A stretch of 64,000 bases of DNA from Chiloscyllium plagiosum. Its lineage: Eukaryota. Shown here one piece after another: positions 27,468-39,960 of the stretch (positions within the stretch are counted from its first letter, which is position 1; each line of letters opens with the position of its first letter). The DNA is taken from contig NC_057716.1 of NCBI RefSeq assembly GCF_004010195.1, positions 22,879,293 through 22,943,292 of the forward strand. Direction: 5' to 3'. The notes beneath the pieces are model-generated. The model saw only the letters and a list, made by a program, of their open reading frames with translations, was not told the origin of the DNA and searched no databases. Made by a program: the position numbers and the translations under genes.

Positions 27468-30000
27468 CAGTCATAGAGCCATACAGTCATACAGATGTCT
27501 AGCACGGAAACAGTCCCTTCAGTCCAACTTGTTCATGCCAGCCAGATATCCTAAATTAAGCTAGTCCTATTTGCCAGCACTTGGCCCATATCCCTTGAAA
27601 CCTTTCCGATTCATATATCCGTCCAGATGTCTTGTAAATGTTGTAATTATATTTGTGTTCATCATTTCCTCTGGCAGCTCATTTCATACACGCACCACCT
27701 TCTGCGTAAAAAAGTTGTCCCTTAGGTCTCTTTTAAATCTTTCCCCACTCATCTTAAACCTATGCCCTCTAGTTCTGAACTACCCCACGCCAGGGAAAAG
27801 ACCTTGTCTATTTATCCTATCCATGCCCCTCATGATTTTATAAACCTCTATAAGGTCACTCTGAGACTCTAGGGAAAACAGCCCCAGCCTGTTCAGCCTC
27901 TCCCTAAAGCTCAAACCCTCCAACCCGGGCAAAACCTTTGTAAATCCTTTCTGAACCTTTTCAAGTTTCACAACATCCTTCCTATAGGAAGGAGACCAGA
28001 ACTGCAAACAATATTACAAACGTTGCCTAACCAATGACTGGTACTCAATGCTCTGACCATTAAAGGAAAGCATACCAAATGCTTTCTTCACTATCCTGTC
28101 TATCTGTGACTCCAATTTCAAGGAACTATGTACCTGCACTCCAAGATCTCTTAGTTAGCAAGGCTCCCCAGGGCCTTACCATTAAGCTTATATGTCCTGC
28201 CCTGATTTGCCTTTCCAAAATGCAGCACCTTGCATTTATCTAAAACTCCATCTGCAAGTCCTCAGCCCATTTGTGTATCTGATCAAGATCCCATTGTACT
28301 CTGAGGTAATCTTCTTCGCTGTCAAGTACACCTCCAATTTTGGTGTCATGGAGTCATAGAGATGTTCAGCATGGAAACAGACTCTGCGGTCCAACCCGTC
28401 CATGCCAACCAGATATCCCAACCCAATCTAGTCCCACCTGCCAGCACCCGGCCCATATCCCTCCAAACCCTTACTATTCATATACACATCCAAATGCCTT
28501 TTAAATGTTGTAATTGTACCAGCCTCCATCTGCCAACTTCTTCTGGCAGTTCATTCCCGTCATCTGCAAACTTACTAACTATACCTCCTACATTTACATA
28601 CAAAGCATTTATATAAATATGACGAAAAGCAGTGGACCCAGCACTGATACCTGTGACACACCATTGGTCACAGTCCTCCAGTCTCGAAAGCAATCCTCCA
28701 TCACCACCCTCTGTCTTCTACCTTCGAGGCAGTTCTGTATCCAAATGGCTAATTCTCCCTGTATTCCATGAGATCTAACCTCAGTAACCAGTCTACCATA
28801 AGAAACCTTATCGAACGCCTTACTGAAGCCCATATAGATCACGTCTACTGCTCTGCCCTCATCAATCCTTTTCGTTACTTCTTCAAAAACTCAATCAAGT
28901 TAGTGAGTCACGATTTCCCACAGACAAAGCCATGTTGACTATTCCTGATCAGATCTTGCCTTTCCAAATGCATGTACATACTGTCAGTCAAGATTCCCAC
29001 CAACTACTTGCCCACCACTGATGTCAGGCTCACGTGTCCACAGTTGCCTGACTTTTCCTTACCACCTTTCTTAAATAATGGCACCACGTTAGCCAACCTC
29101 CAGTCTTCCGGCACCTCACCTGTGACTATTGACGATCCAAATATCTCAGCAAGGGACTAGCAATCACTTCCCTAGCTTCCCACAGAGTATCAGGATACAC
29201 CTGATCAGATCCTGGGGATTTATCCACCTTTATGCCTTTTAAGACATCCAGCACCTCCACCTCTGTAATATGGATGGTTTTCAAGATGTCACCATCTATT
29301 TCCCAACATTCTATACCTTCCATGCCCTTTTCTACAGTAAACACTGATGGTAAATACACATTTAGTGCCTCTCCCATCTCCTGTGGTTCCATACAAAGGC
29401 CGCCTTGCTGATCTTTGAACAGCCCTATTCTCTCTCTGGTTATCCTTTTGTCCTTAATGTATTTATAAAATCCCTTCGTATTGCCTTAACCCTATTTGCC
29501 AAGGTTATCTCATGTCCGCTTTTTTTCCCCTCCTGATTTCTCTCTTATGTATACTCCTACTGCCTTTATACTGTTCTAAGGATTCACTCATTTTCTGCTG
29601 TCGACACTTGACATATGCTTCCTTCTTTTTCTTGACTAAAACTTCAATTTCTCCAGTCATCCAGAATTCCCTACAATTACCAGCCTTGCCTTTCACCCTA
29701 ACAGAAACATACTGTCTCTGGACTCTCATTGTCTCATTTTTTAAAGCTCCCCATTTTTTAGCCATTGCTTTACCTGTGAACATCTGCTCCGAATCAACTT
29801 TTGAAAGTTCTTGCCTAATACCGTCAAAATTGGCCTTCCTCCAATTTAGAACTTCAACTTTTAGATTCTGTCTATCCTTTTCCATCACCATTTTAAAACT
29901 AGTAGAATTATGGTCACTGACTCCAAAGTGCTCCCCTACTGACATCTCAGTCACCTGCCCTGCCTTATTTCCCAAGCGTAGGTCACGTTTTGCATCTTCT
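27468..30000 (-). mobile_element. Younger CR1 (HER1-like) LINE, ORF2 with internal deletions, to the 3' tail
   Basis: Peptides EHFGVSDHNS..F, KSPGSDQVYP, YMGFSKAFDKV, GVSQVSVLGPLLF..., SKFADD and QFWSPSYRKD; 3' repeat tail near 27468-27495. Confidence 0.9.
28350..28558 (-). mobile_element. CR1 3'-end fragment nested in the RT of the younger CR1
   Basis: Interrupts the host at the FADD/T motif; GTCAT occurs at 28345-28349 and 28559-28563. Confidence 0.8.
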
Positions 30001-33000
30001 CTGGAAGGATTCTTTACTTGAAGCCTCTGATATAGCCTCTTTCTCCAGTACTGCAATGCTGTCCTTAACCAAGAACATAATTCCCCCCTTGGTTTTTCCC
30101 CTCTTCATTTCTTTACTGAGCACCTTGTAATCAAGAACAGTTAACACCCAAATCTGCACTTCCTTAAACCAGCTCTCTGTTATCACCACATCATCATAAT
30201 CCAACATGGTGATCCATGCCTGTAACTCCTTAATATTGTTAATTATACTATACTCTGTGCATTCACATACATACAATGTAACTCTGATTAGACTTCATTC
30301 ATTTTTCCCTTACTTCTAATTCCTTTTATTAACTTACTATTCTCTATTTTAATGTTATCGGCTTCTCTCAGTATTTCATGCATGTTGATGTTACTTTCTA
30401 ATATCCTGTTCGCCCTGCTGAGTTAGTTTATACTCTCGCCAACAGCACTTGCAAAACTCAGTAGGAAACTTAGACTCAGCCCTGTTCAGATGCAATCTGT
30501 TTGGCGTGCACAGGTGCCATCTCCCCCATTGCCAGTCCCAGTGTCTCAGGAATCTAAAAACCTCCCTCCTGCACTATCTTTCCAGTCACATGTCCATTTA
30601 CCTTATCTTCCTTTCTCATAGTGACCTGCATGCAGCACCTGGGGTAATCTAGAGATTACTAATTTAGAGCTCTTGGCTTACTTTCTGCCTAGCTCCAGAA
30701 ATTCCAACACTTAATCAAAATCATTCACCAGATTTGGGCATTGCTGGCTAGGCCAGCATGTACTGCCTATCTCTAATTGCCCTGAAGATAGTTAAGAACC
30801 AACCATACTGCTGTGGGTCTGGACTCTCATGTAGGCCAGACCAGCTACCTATGTCATCAGTACCATTCTGTGACATCCTTGACCTTAGCACCAGTTGACA
30901 TTTGGTTGTTTACTCTTCCAACTTGGACTGTGGGCCTCAACCCTGAATTCTGAAATACATTCCAGCGCCAACTCACAGACACAATTTCAGCTTTTCACAT
31001 ATAGCTAGCTTCACCAAGTTGGTTCTGAACCTATATTTCCAATCTCTAATCTTGGTCAGTTGCACAAAGCAAACATTTCTTTTGGGCTTCCTTTATCCTC
31101 GTTCTCAGTTGCATGAATAATTAATGGCTCATGATTTCTTCTGAGCCCCCACAACTTCTGAGGCTTTATCTGAACCCTAACCCCCAATTTTAGCTGATTT
31201 GGCTGACTCACAAGACCCATCCTGAGGCTCAATGGATCTGATCCTATTACAGCAGTACCACTGTGGAATGGAGCCTCTTCTTCCTGCTCCTCAAAACCTG
31301 ACTAATTGGGCAAACAGAGCAACCTTCTCTTCTGACTAGCTCTGACTGACAAAACTGACTGGTCACTAACTCTAACTGTTTTCAGTAATCTGATGAAAAC
31401 TTTGAAACAAGCTGTGCCCTTACTGTTTGGTATTATTGAAGGCAACTAGCATTTTGGAACAGTCAAATGTAGCAACTGCCTTTTCCCTCAATGTCACAAT
31501 ATTCATAGACATTTGGCTGTAAAGCACAAAATGGATACAAAAAGAAGCTTTAATCACATTAATCTGGATCTTAATTATTCCTACAATTATCCACTTTGGT
31601 TCTATAACTTTAATAGCCTTGCGAAACAAATTCTATTGATCGCAATTTTGTAATTTTTAATTGACCTCCCAGTCTTGAAAAGTCATTTTTGCGTCGAGAG
31701 AGACCCGGTATCCACAACCCTTTGTATGAAGGGCTTCACAAATTGATGGCCTTGCTTTAGTTTTAATGTTATGCCCCTTTGTTCTGAAAACTCCTTCTAT
31801 GACAGGACATACTTTCTCTCTATCTTTATCAATTCCTACAAGCCTAACCTGTCCTTGTAACCTAACTGTTGTAGCCTTGGTATCATTCTGGCGATAGGTT
31901 GCTTTCAGCAACAGCTATAATAGACAATTAACATGTTACACCGATATTCTTTTGAAACTGTAGTAAACAATGCGGGGGTAGGGTGCACATACAGATTTAC
32001 TTCACATTTAATCTGATCATTTCCACACATAATTTGTGGTAAAGGCTTGAAAATAATATACATTTTTCCATTTTCAGTGTGAATACTTTTCCACTTAACA
32101 TGAAAACATTTGCTATCAAAACCATATTTTAAAACCTCACACTAAAACACTCTTATATCACCTTTCTGCTGATCTTTTCTGCTTAAGAGTTGCCAACAGT
32201 ATATGTTCCACTGGTGTGGCAGTGTTTCAGAGGTGCCATTCTCTGGATCTGGGTCCCAGATTTTCAATATAATGAAATGTCCAACTTGGTTAGGTATTAC
32301 AAGAATGAAGATTTGCAGAGAAACAGGGGAACAAAGAAAATTCCTCGTGGACAAGCTCACCGTGGCATCCTCAAGCTATAAAAGAAGCAGATTGGAGACT
32401 GGGAGCAGGTTCCCACCCTTGCCTATTAATCGGGAAATCAGGCTTTGAACAAAGCCAAAACAGAAAAAGTAGGAAACACTCAACAACTGAGGGAACAAAA
32501 TTCAGATAGTCAAACTTTTGGGCCTGAAGAATCTTGCTTCGGAGTGGAATATTAAGAGACTTAAACTAGAACTACCAGCTGATTGCCTTCCTGACTTGAG
32601 TAGTTAGAACCCTACGTTTTTTATTTCAGATTTTCATCACCAACAGCAAATGTTTAGTATGACTGACATCCTGAATAAGCAAAGGAAAATTAGAATACAA
32701 GAGAGCCACAATAATTCTGAACTTGGAACAAGACAGCATACAGTTCTCTGAGCAGTATTGGTCTCTATTCCCTGTAACTGAGCTTCAATCTATACCAGCG
32801 CACGTCTCAAGTTAATTAATTCCAATTGGTGTCTTGTTTTGCTCAATGATCCCATTGCAAATACAGTATTAAGGTTTGAAACACTGCAACACTGTGCGAT
32901 TTGCTGCATTCTGCTTCAGTTTGTATTCTTGAATTTTGAACAGCAATTTTCTATGGCACTGCAGTACTATTGGTCAAGTTACGAGGGTCCACAATTGCTG

Positions 33001-33170
33001 AATAGACCAGTTGAGGTTTTGATGGATTCATGTTGTCTTATGCATTTAACCCTCAACCTTTCTACTCCCAGCATCTAAAATAACCTGACCTCTGTTCAGT
33101 GCCTTGCCAAATGCAACTCATGCCATAACGTTCTCTCGGTCACAAGTGAATAAAACAACCTCAAGCTAAA

Positions 33171-33330
33171 TCTGAAAATGTGTTGCTGGAAAAGCGCAGG
33201 TCAGGCAGCATCCAAGGAGCAGGAGCATCCTGCTCCTTGGATGCTGCCTGACCTGCTGCGCTTTTCCAGCAACACATTTTCAGCTCTGATCCCCAGCATT
33301 TGCAGTCCTCACTTTCTCCTAGAAGATTTT
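33171..33330. mobile_element. Fold-back PLE-derived element, 14 bp TSD
   Basis: Near-perfect inverted arms of about 55 bp (CTGAAAATGTGTTGCTGGAAAAGCGCAG...GGAGCAGGA / TCCTGCTCC...CATTTTCAG) with a 3 nt spacer (GCA). AACCTCAAGCTAAA occurs at 33157-33170 and 33331-33344. Confidence 0.85.
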
Positions 33331-33714
33331 AACCTCAAGCTAAAAACAACACAACTAATTTTAAAACATAAATTGGTGCCCTTGCACTGAAAATCCTCAG
33401 AAGTGTCTAGCTTGGCTAATCCGGCAACCTGGATGGGTATGATTTCTTTTTTGAAAAGAGGTACCTATTCAATATGTAGTCTCGGGCAGAGTAGCTCAAT
33501 AGAATGCAGATCGTTAGGTTACAATGAAAACCTAACAAGCTGTAAGCCGTTTCAAACATAGCATTCTTGTTATATTTAGAAAATGTTTCTCGACAAATTC
33601 ATTTCTCTCTTACTTTAGTTAGCTGGGTATCTAAAATAGATAGAATTTCGTGTGCATCGTCATTTCTGAGGCCTACTGAGAAACTCTGGTATTTTAATGT
33701 CAGTCATAGTACAG

Positions 33715-34060
33715 TGAGTCATGTTCTCATCTGAATTGGGAGATTCTAAGTTCTGGTCCTTTTCAAAAACAAGAGGGCTGCATCTTTTGGATGAGCAGAG
33801 TGATCACCCGCTCTTTCAGATGGATTAAAAGACCCCATGGCACTATTTCAAAGCAGACCAAGATGTGGTCATAATCGATATTAATCCCTCAATCATCATC
33901 ACTAAAATATGACTATTATCTCATTACATTTTATGGGAGCTTGCTGTGTGCGAATTGGCTTCTCTATTTCAGGCAAAAGAAATAACACTTCAAAAATACA
34001 CCACTGGCTGTAAAGTACTTTAGGGTATCGAGTGGTCATAGAAGATGCTATTTAAGTCTA
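33715..34060 (+). mobile_element. Deu-domain SINE
   Basis: TAAAAGACCCCATGGCACTATTT...GGGAGCTTGCTGTGTGCGAATTGGCT...CTGGCTGTAAAG. Confidence 0.7.
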
Positions 34061-34485
34061 TATTCGGACTGCAATCCCATCAAATGAGGCAATTCAAAGT
34101 AATTTGTTGTGGAATGCTTCAATGTGCAAAATTAGATCGACCTCAAGACACAAACAAGGAAGAATGTCTTGGCTTGATGAGTGTACAAAGTTAAGGTTAC
34201 ACTTGCAGTGTGATTTGTTTGCACAAACTGAAACCTGCACTTAGTTTCACAAGGAGTCTGGTCTTTGTAGACAAAAGAAGTATGTCTACACATTATACCT
34301 TTTCTCAAAGAAGAACGAACGAAGTATGGAGATAAGCAATCCAGCTGCATTCCCAAAGCAAAAATGTGACCAATAAAGGCAACTTGCCTGGTTTGAATGT
34401 AATCAGTTAAGACTGATAGTTAACAGCTCGTACTGCATCTCAATGCCAACCATAGCCCAACCAATCAGCACATTCTTGTCATGTT

Positions 34486-34776
34486 TTAGATTAGATTAGA
34501 TTCCCTACAGTGTGGAAACAGGCCCTCTGGCCCAACCAGTCCACACCAACCCTCCGAAGAGTAACCCACCCAGACTAATGTACATAACACTATGGGCAAG
34601 TTAGCATGGCCAATTCACCTGACCTGCACATCTTTGGACTGTGGGAGGAAACCGGAGCACCTGGAGGAAACCCACGCAGACACGGGGAGAATGTGCAAAC
34701 TCCACACAGACAGTCGCCTGAGGCTAGAATTGAACCTGGCACCCTGGTGCTAACCACTGTGCCACCGTGCTGTCCC
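34486..34776 (-). mobile_element. V-SINE (HE1-like)
   Basis: Reverse complement of the same head, V-domain and tail, with a (TTAGA)n tail at the left end. Confidence 0.85.
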
Positions 34777-35747
34777 TCTCTAAATAGTTGTCCCTTTCTA
34801 AAGGTGGTTTTCTAGGCTTCAGTCCTAATGAGTGTAAGTCAAAGACAACTTCATACCTCTTTTTGGTAATGATTAAGGAATATTCAAACCACAAAAGAAT
34901 AATAACAATTTCAGATGTCAGATGTGAGGAGAAAGAGTTGTATAATAAGCTGTTACAAGACAGGAAGCAAGGGTTTTAGAGAAAAAGTTACAAGTTATTA
35001 TCAAGGTTTAACATTTCCTGTAAATAATCCATTGAATTTGCACGAGTACTGGCAGTCCCTAAAGTACTGAAAAAAAAACTCTCTGAATCAAGGGATTCTT
35101 CAAGTATTTTACTGTTTCATCTTGCAGGTTCATTCATGAGAGTGCCTCAGTGTGTATTTATTTATTTATACACACTGCTGAATGACCACAAGACTGAACA
35201 AAAGCAAACCCATAAATACTGGACTAAATAAAATCATGTTCATCAGAATGTGTTTGAATGTTTAGTTTTTCATTGAATACATGAAGATGACCCATTAACT
35301 AACCTATTTTAATTACAAATTCCTATTGACTTCCTGTCCAATTTATATTCTACGCCTGATGGCTTCTCCAGTCTACTAAAAGTTAGAAACCAAAGAGGAA
35401 CATATGAAACTGCTTATGATCTGGAAAATATGACCCTGCAATTATACAAATATATCATATGTTGTAGAACAAAAAAGTCTTCCTATAACATCTACCACAA
35501 CCAAGCTTCCCAGTTGAAAAGGTTGTTATGAGGAGAAATTTATAAAGGCTAGGCTTGTATTCCCTTGAGTGTAGAAAACTAAAGGTTGATTTAATGAAGT
35601 GCTTGAGATGATTAAAAGATTTGATATAGAAAGACCATTTGCTCTGATTGAGCAGGATTATTGGGGCGGAAGAAAGAGTCCAGAACAACAGGGTAGAATA
35701 TTAAAATTTGAACAAGGCTATTCAGGGGTGCTGTAAAAATGACCGAG

Positions 35748-35910
35748 CTTCCAGTTGTCTGTTCAACACACCACTGGTTTCCATCCCAACGTTTCTATCT
35801 CAGATCTGGTTCAATGAAGGTTAACACTATCGGGGAAACAACACCTCAACTTCCACTGAGGTACCTTACAGCCTTCAGGACTTAACATCGAATTTAACAA
35901 TTTCACAATG
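35748..35910 (+). mobile_element. PLE GIY-YIG C-terminal fragment
   Basis: AACAACACCTCAACTTCCACTGAGGTACCTTACAGCCTTCAGGACTTAACATCGAATTTAACAATTTC resembles QHL.F..GTLQPSGLNIEFNNF. Confidence 0.6.
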
Positions 35911-35929
35911 TGAACCACCTGCTCCAGCT

Positions 35930-36190
35930 AGACAGGGTGGTAAAGACGATGTTTGGCACACATGCCTTCATTGCTCAGACCATTTAATTTAGGAGTTGGA
36001 ATGCAATATTGAGATGTTGGTGAGGCCATTTTTGGAGTACTGTGTATAGTTCTGGTCACCATGCCATAGGAAGGATATTATTAAATTGGATGGTTCAGAA
36101 AAGATTGACAAGAATGCTACTGGGATTGGAGGTTTTGCGTTATGAGGAGGAGCTAGATAAGCTGGGACTTCTTTCCCTGGAACGTAGGAA
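35930..36190 (+). mobile_element. CR1 LINE fragment
   Basis: TTGGAGTACTGTGTATAGTTCTGGTCACC...VQKRLTRMLLGLE.LRYEE.LDKLGL.SLERR. Confidence 0.75.
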
Positions 36191-38860
36191 GTTTTACCTA
36201 AGATGGCATAGTAATCTGTCATGCTGAACTTTTTATTTCTTAATTTTTCTAATTTTCCCCTAAAAACATATACTTAAGGATCTGTATCAAGGCACACTTG
36301 TACCTAAGATGGTGCTGTTAGTGGTGATTTGTAAACTTTTCACTGTACTCATATGAGTTCAGGTGACAATAAGCTAATTCTAAGTTTCATACATTTATTT
36401 TCTGCAGTGGAATACAAATAAGGAAGGATTTCAATATGAATTTGATTAAAATTAGTTCGTTAATGTGTTAAAGTTGTCGATACAATGAGAAACTGCATAC
36501 TGAAACCCATATTCTATTGAATGCAGTATTAATTTGTTCAGTATTTTACACAATTGTATTTGCCTTCACTCGGGTGCAGCAATTTTAGGGAATTCAGTGA
36601 ATTTATTTAAGTTCTAAAATGTATAAAATGCCATTGTTGTTCAATAGGTTAAATTAGTGAACTATTAGGCACTTTGAAGAATGCGAATACAGATAGCAAT
36701 GAAATCAGGCATGTCACTTTTAATTTCAACAAACTGAAAAGACAGCAGCTCTTTTTGTGTCATGAATACTTGGTCTCTTGCTTTCTGTAAATCTCAGATG
36801 GTAGTCCCTTTTGTCTTGTGCTGTCTGTAGCCAGTCAGTGCCACAGCAGAATGATGGACAAACAGTGACAGTTCCGCCCTATCAGCTGGCTGATCTGTAA
36901 TAAACCTTAATGTTACCTCCTATGGCTAATTCATCATCTGACCCCTAGACAGTCACTGTGATTGTAAAACTCACTCTCAACAAGGGAGAAGTGACCACAG
37001 AATAGAGAGAGAGGGTAGAGGCCTTAAGAAGAACAGTGATAAGTGCAACCTGTCAACACAAGGACAAAGAAGGGCAGGCCCCAGGGAGCGCAGGAAAAGA
37101 AGAGGGAAAAAAAAATCACTGCAACCAGTTTATCAGATGAGGGTTATGGGTAATTAATTATAAACTCAATTACCCAAACCTTACTTCAGTAGTCTCTATT
37201 CATTAAGAGATAAAATTTGAGCAGCGAGTACTTTCTTACAAACAATCAAGACCACAATCACTTTCCATTTAGGTCAGTCCATTTAACCCTCTCTTAACAA
37301 CTGTTATGACAAGCAGGCATTCAGAAACCTGGCATTCATTTGCTGGGAATGGTTTCTTCAAGCCTGTCCATGTATTTGAGGCAACAATTTTCTCAATCAT
37401 GGCTTCACAAGTAGGACTATTTTCTCTGCTCTACTCCAGAAATGTGGGCACAAGAAGTTGATGCTCAAATGGAGTACTGAGAGACTTACTATCATTCAGG
37501 TGAGATGTTCAACTGGGGGTCTGCCTGGCCTTTTGAATAGATGTAAAAGATATTGCAGCACTAATTTGAAGAACAGAAGTAACATTTTCTTCGATGTTCT
37601 AGTCAATATTTACATTCAGTCCACATCACAAAAAAATGAACTGAGCATTATTACATTGCTGATTATTGTAGGCCTTTTTTATTTTTGGGTCTACCTTATG
37701 ATTTTTTGGCGTCTACTACTTTAGTTTTCATGGGCTCCTTTTTGAATCTCACTAATGTCTTTGGTAGATGATAGTCACTTAGTAACAATATGGTCTGCGT
37801 TTGTGTTGATATTTTGGGAATTTGGATTCATACAGAAGCAAAATTAGAAGAGTTCATCAATATTAACAAAAATCACCAGTCCATTGTACTTAAAGCCACA
37901 ACACAGAATGAAGCATTAACTGCCTAGACACCTCAGTATTTAAAATGAGACAAGAGAGCTGGTGTAAGTTAGCAACAAATTATTTTGTTTTTAAAAACTA
38001 AATCTTCCAAGAGCAAAAGCCATCACTCAAAGACGGTTGTAATAACACATATACAAATCTTTATGAAATAAAGATTCAATATGGAATTATTCAAATGAAA
38101 TAGTGTTTACTTTAATTGCATCTATTACATTCACACTACTCCCAATATTAACTCCTGAACTCCCACAGCTTTAAGCTACAGATTCCTTATTAATTTGCAA
38201 GGATTTCATTACTTCAGTTTACAAATATCCCTTTTTTGAAAAGTTTAGAACTGTTTTCTCCTATTGGCAGTCCCCTTCTTCCTTTTCAGATCTGCTTCAC
38301 ATATTCAGACCACTCACTCCCCTCAAGTCACTCTCCCCACTTTTCAATGCCTCACTTTCCTTTCGCAGTGAGAAAATTGGTTGCTCTCTTTTCCATTTTA
38401 CAACAATGACTGCACTTCAAAAGTACTTAACTGGCTGTAAAGCTCTTCGGGACATCATGAAATTGTGAAAGGATCTATTAGTGCAAGTCTTTCATTGCCA
38501 AGATTGAAAAAGGTAATAAGAGAAGGTCAAGTAAATCATAAAGTTATGGTTAGGTAATACTAAGTTGCACTTTAAAAGCTTAGAAATTATCAGAAGGAAA
38601 GCATGAGGTAATGGTTCCGAGGTTTGCTGCCCCATGACTTAAGAGACTTGGAAACTGTGATATGTGCCTCGACTTAAACATTAGGGAATGTGTGGAAAGG
38701 GAAAGAAGGAAGTTCAGATATCATCAAACATTAAGGGATCACAAAATAAAGAGGGACACCCAAATAATCAAACCGTACCAGTTCAGCAATTATTTTCAAA
38801 AATGTAACACAGAGCAAAATTCATCTTCCACTATTCAAATGGTATTTTGTACACTACATT

Positions 38861-39497
38861 AGTTTTGCTCATGTTGGGTATCGGGTCCTTCATTCTGGTG
38901 AGTTGTTGTCTGAGCGTGCTGTTGGTTTTGTGTGCCGTTATGAGTCCTAGGGGTCGCAGTAGTCTGGCTGTCAGTTCTGAGATGCTCCTGATGTATGGTA
39001 GTGTGGCTAGTCCTTTTGGTTGTGTATTTCCTCGTTTCGTTGTTTTCCTCCGGTGTTTCTCGTTGTCTGTCCCTGCCGCTTCCGGTTGTCAGTTTCAGCT
39101 GTCTGCTGTAGTGGTTGGTATATTGGGTCCAGGTCGATGTGTTTGTTGATGGAGTTTGTGGATGAATGCCATGCCTCTAGCAACATGAATTCGACTGGGA
39201 CAACACTACTATCATAGGGCAAGCCAGACAGAGAACAGCCAGGGAATTCCTAGAGGCATGGCATTCATCCACAAACTCCATAAACAAACACATCGACCTG
39301 GACCCAATATACCAACCACTACAGCGGACAGCTGAAACTGACAACCGGAAGCGGCAGGGACAGACCACTATAAACACCGGAGGAAACATCAAAGAAGCGC
39401 TTCGCAGGAGGCTCCCAAGCACTGATGATGTCACCTAGCCAGGGGACGAAACGTTTGCAACAAAAACTTCCAGCTCGGTGAACAGAACCACAACAAC
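38861..39497. mobile_element. Penelope/Poseidon-type PLE insertion with inverted 5' part and hammerhead-bearing 3' end
   Basis: Minus 38861-39022 encodes QPKGLATLPYIRSISELTARLLRPLGLITAHKTNSTLRQQLTRMKDP (RT-endonuclease linker). Plus from 39181 encodes QHEFDWDNTTIIGQARQRTAREFLEAWHSSTNSINKHIDLDPIY (GIY-YIG C-terminus). 39044-39180 is the inverted copy of 39250-39387. Confidence 0.85.
39419..39458 (+). ncRNA. Candidate minimal hammerhead ribozyme in PLE pLTR
   Basis: GCA-CTGATGA-T-GTCACCT-AGCC-AGGGGAC-GAAA-CGTT-TGC: intact core, stem II with one mismatch, palindromic AAACGTTT, 3 bp stem I. Confidence 0.6.
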
Positions 39498-39579
39498 ATT
39501 TCAATTGATTTCAATTCTGCTGTAATCTTCCTTGTGCACTGCTCACAGCATTGCCCAGGAAATTAATTTCAAAATTGAA

Positions 39580-39960
39580 GTGGTGGCATAGTGGTAACAC
39601 CATTGGATTATTAATCCAGAGGCCCAGTTGAATACTTTGGGGACAAGGTTTCAAATTTCACCATGACACTGGTGAAACTTGTACTCTGTTAATAAATCTT
39701 GAATCATAAAGCGAGTCTCAGTGATGATAGCTACCATCACTATCATCAAATCTTGCAAAAAGCCAACTGGTTCCCTCATGTCCTTTAAGGAAGAAAATCT
39801 GTCATCCTCACCAAACCAGGCAGTCACACTGCAATGTGGTTGACTCTCAACTGCCTTCTGACATGAGCCTAGCAAGCCACTCTGTTCAAGGTTGACTAGG
39901 GATGGGCAACAAATGGTCAGCCCTGCAAGTGATGCCCATATTCAATGAAAGAATAGTAAA
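39580..39960 (+). mobile_element. tRNA-derived SINE of another family with LINE-like tail
   Basis: GGTGGCATAGTGGTAA..TGGATTATTAATCCAGAG...TTCAAAT..CACCATG head and GGGATGGGCAACAAATG...GATGCCCA tail. Related pieces lie at about 24830-25070 and 30730-30845 (minus). Confidence 0.65.

Larger units (their letters stand above)
25080..30700 (-). mobile_element. Old CR1 LINE hosting a V-SINE and a younger CR1
   Basis: The APE start ELQAWI..DVVITESW...GGIMFLVKD (29983-30276) resumes left of 27465 (VIIGDFN). RT motifs VDVIYMDF and SKF..DT occur further left. Confidence 0.75.

Noticed and set aside
27468-30276. Intact, active LINE ORF2
   Set aside because: Multiple stops, frameshifts, deletions and nested insertions; it is a composite of two elements.
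33171-33330. Fold-back element as a DNA-transposon MITE or miRNA gene
   Set aside because: The element is asymmetric with an unpaired 3' tail, junctions vary between copies, TSDs are long and variable, and the arms match a retroelement terminus.
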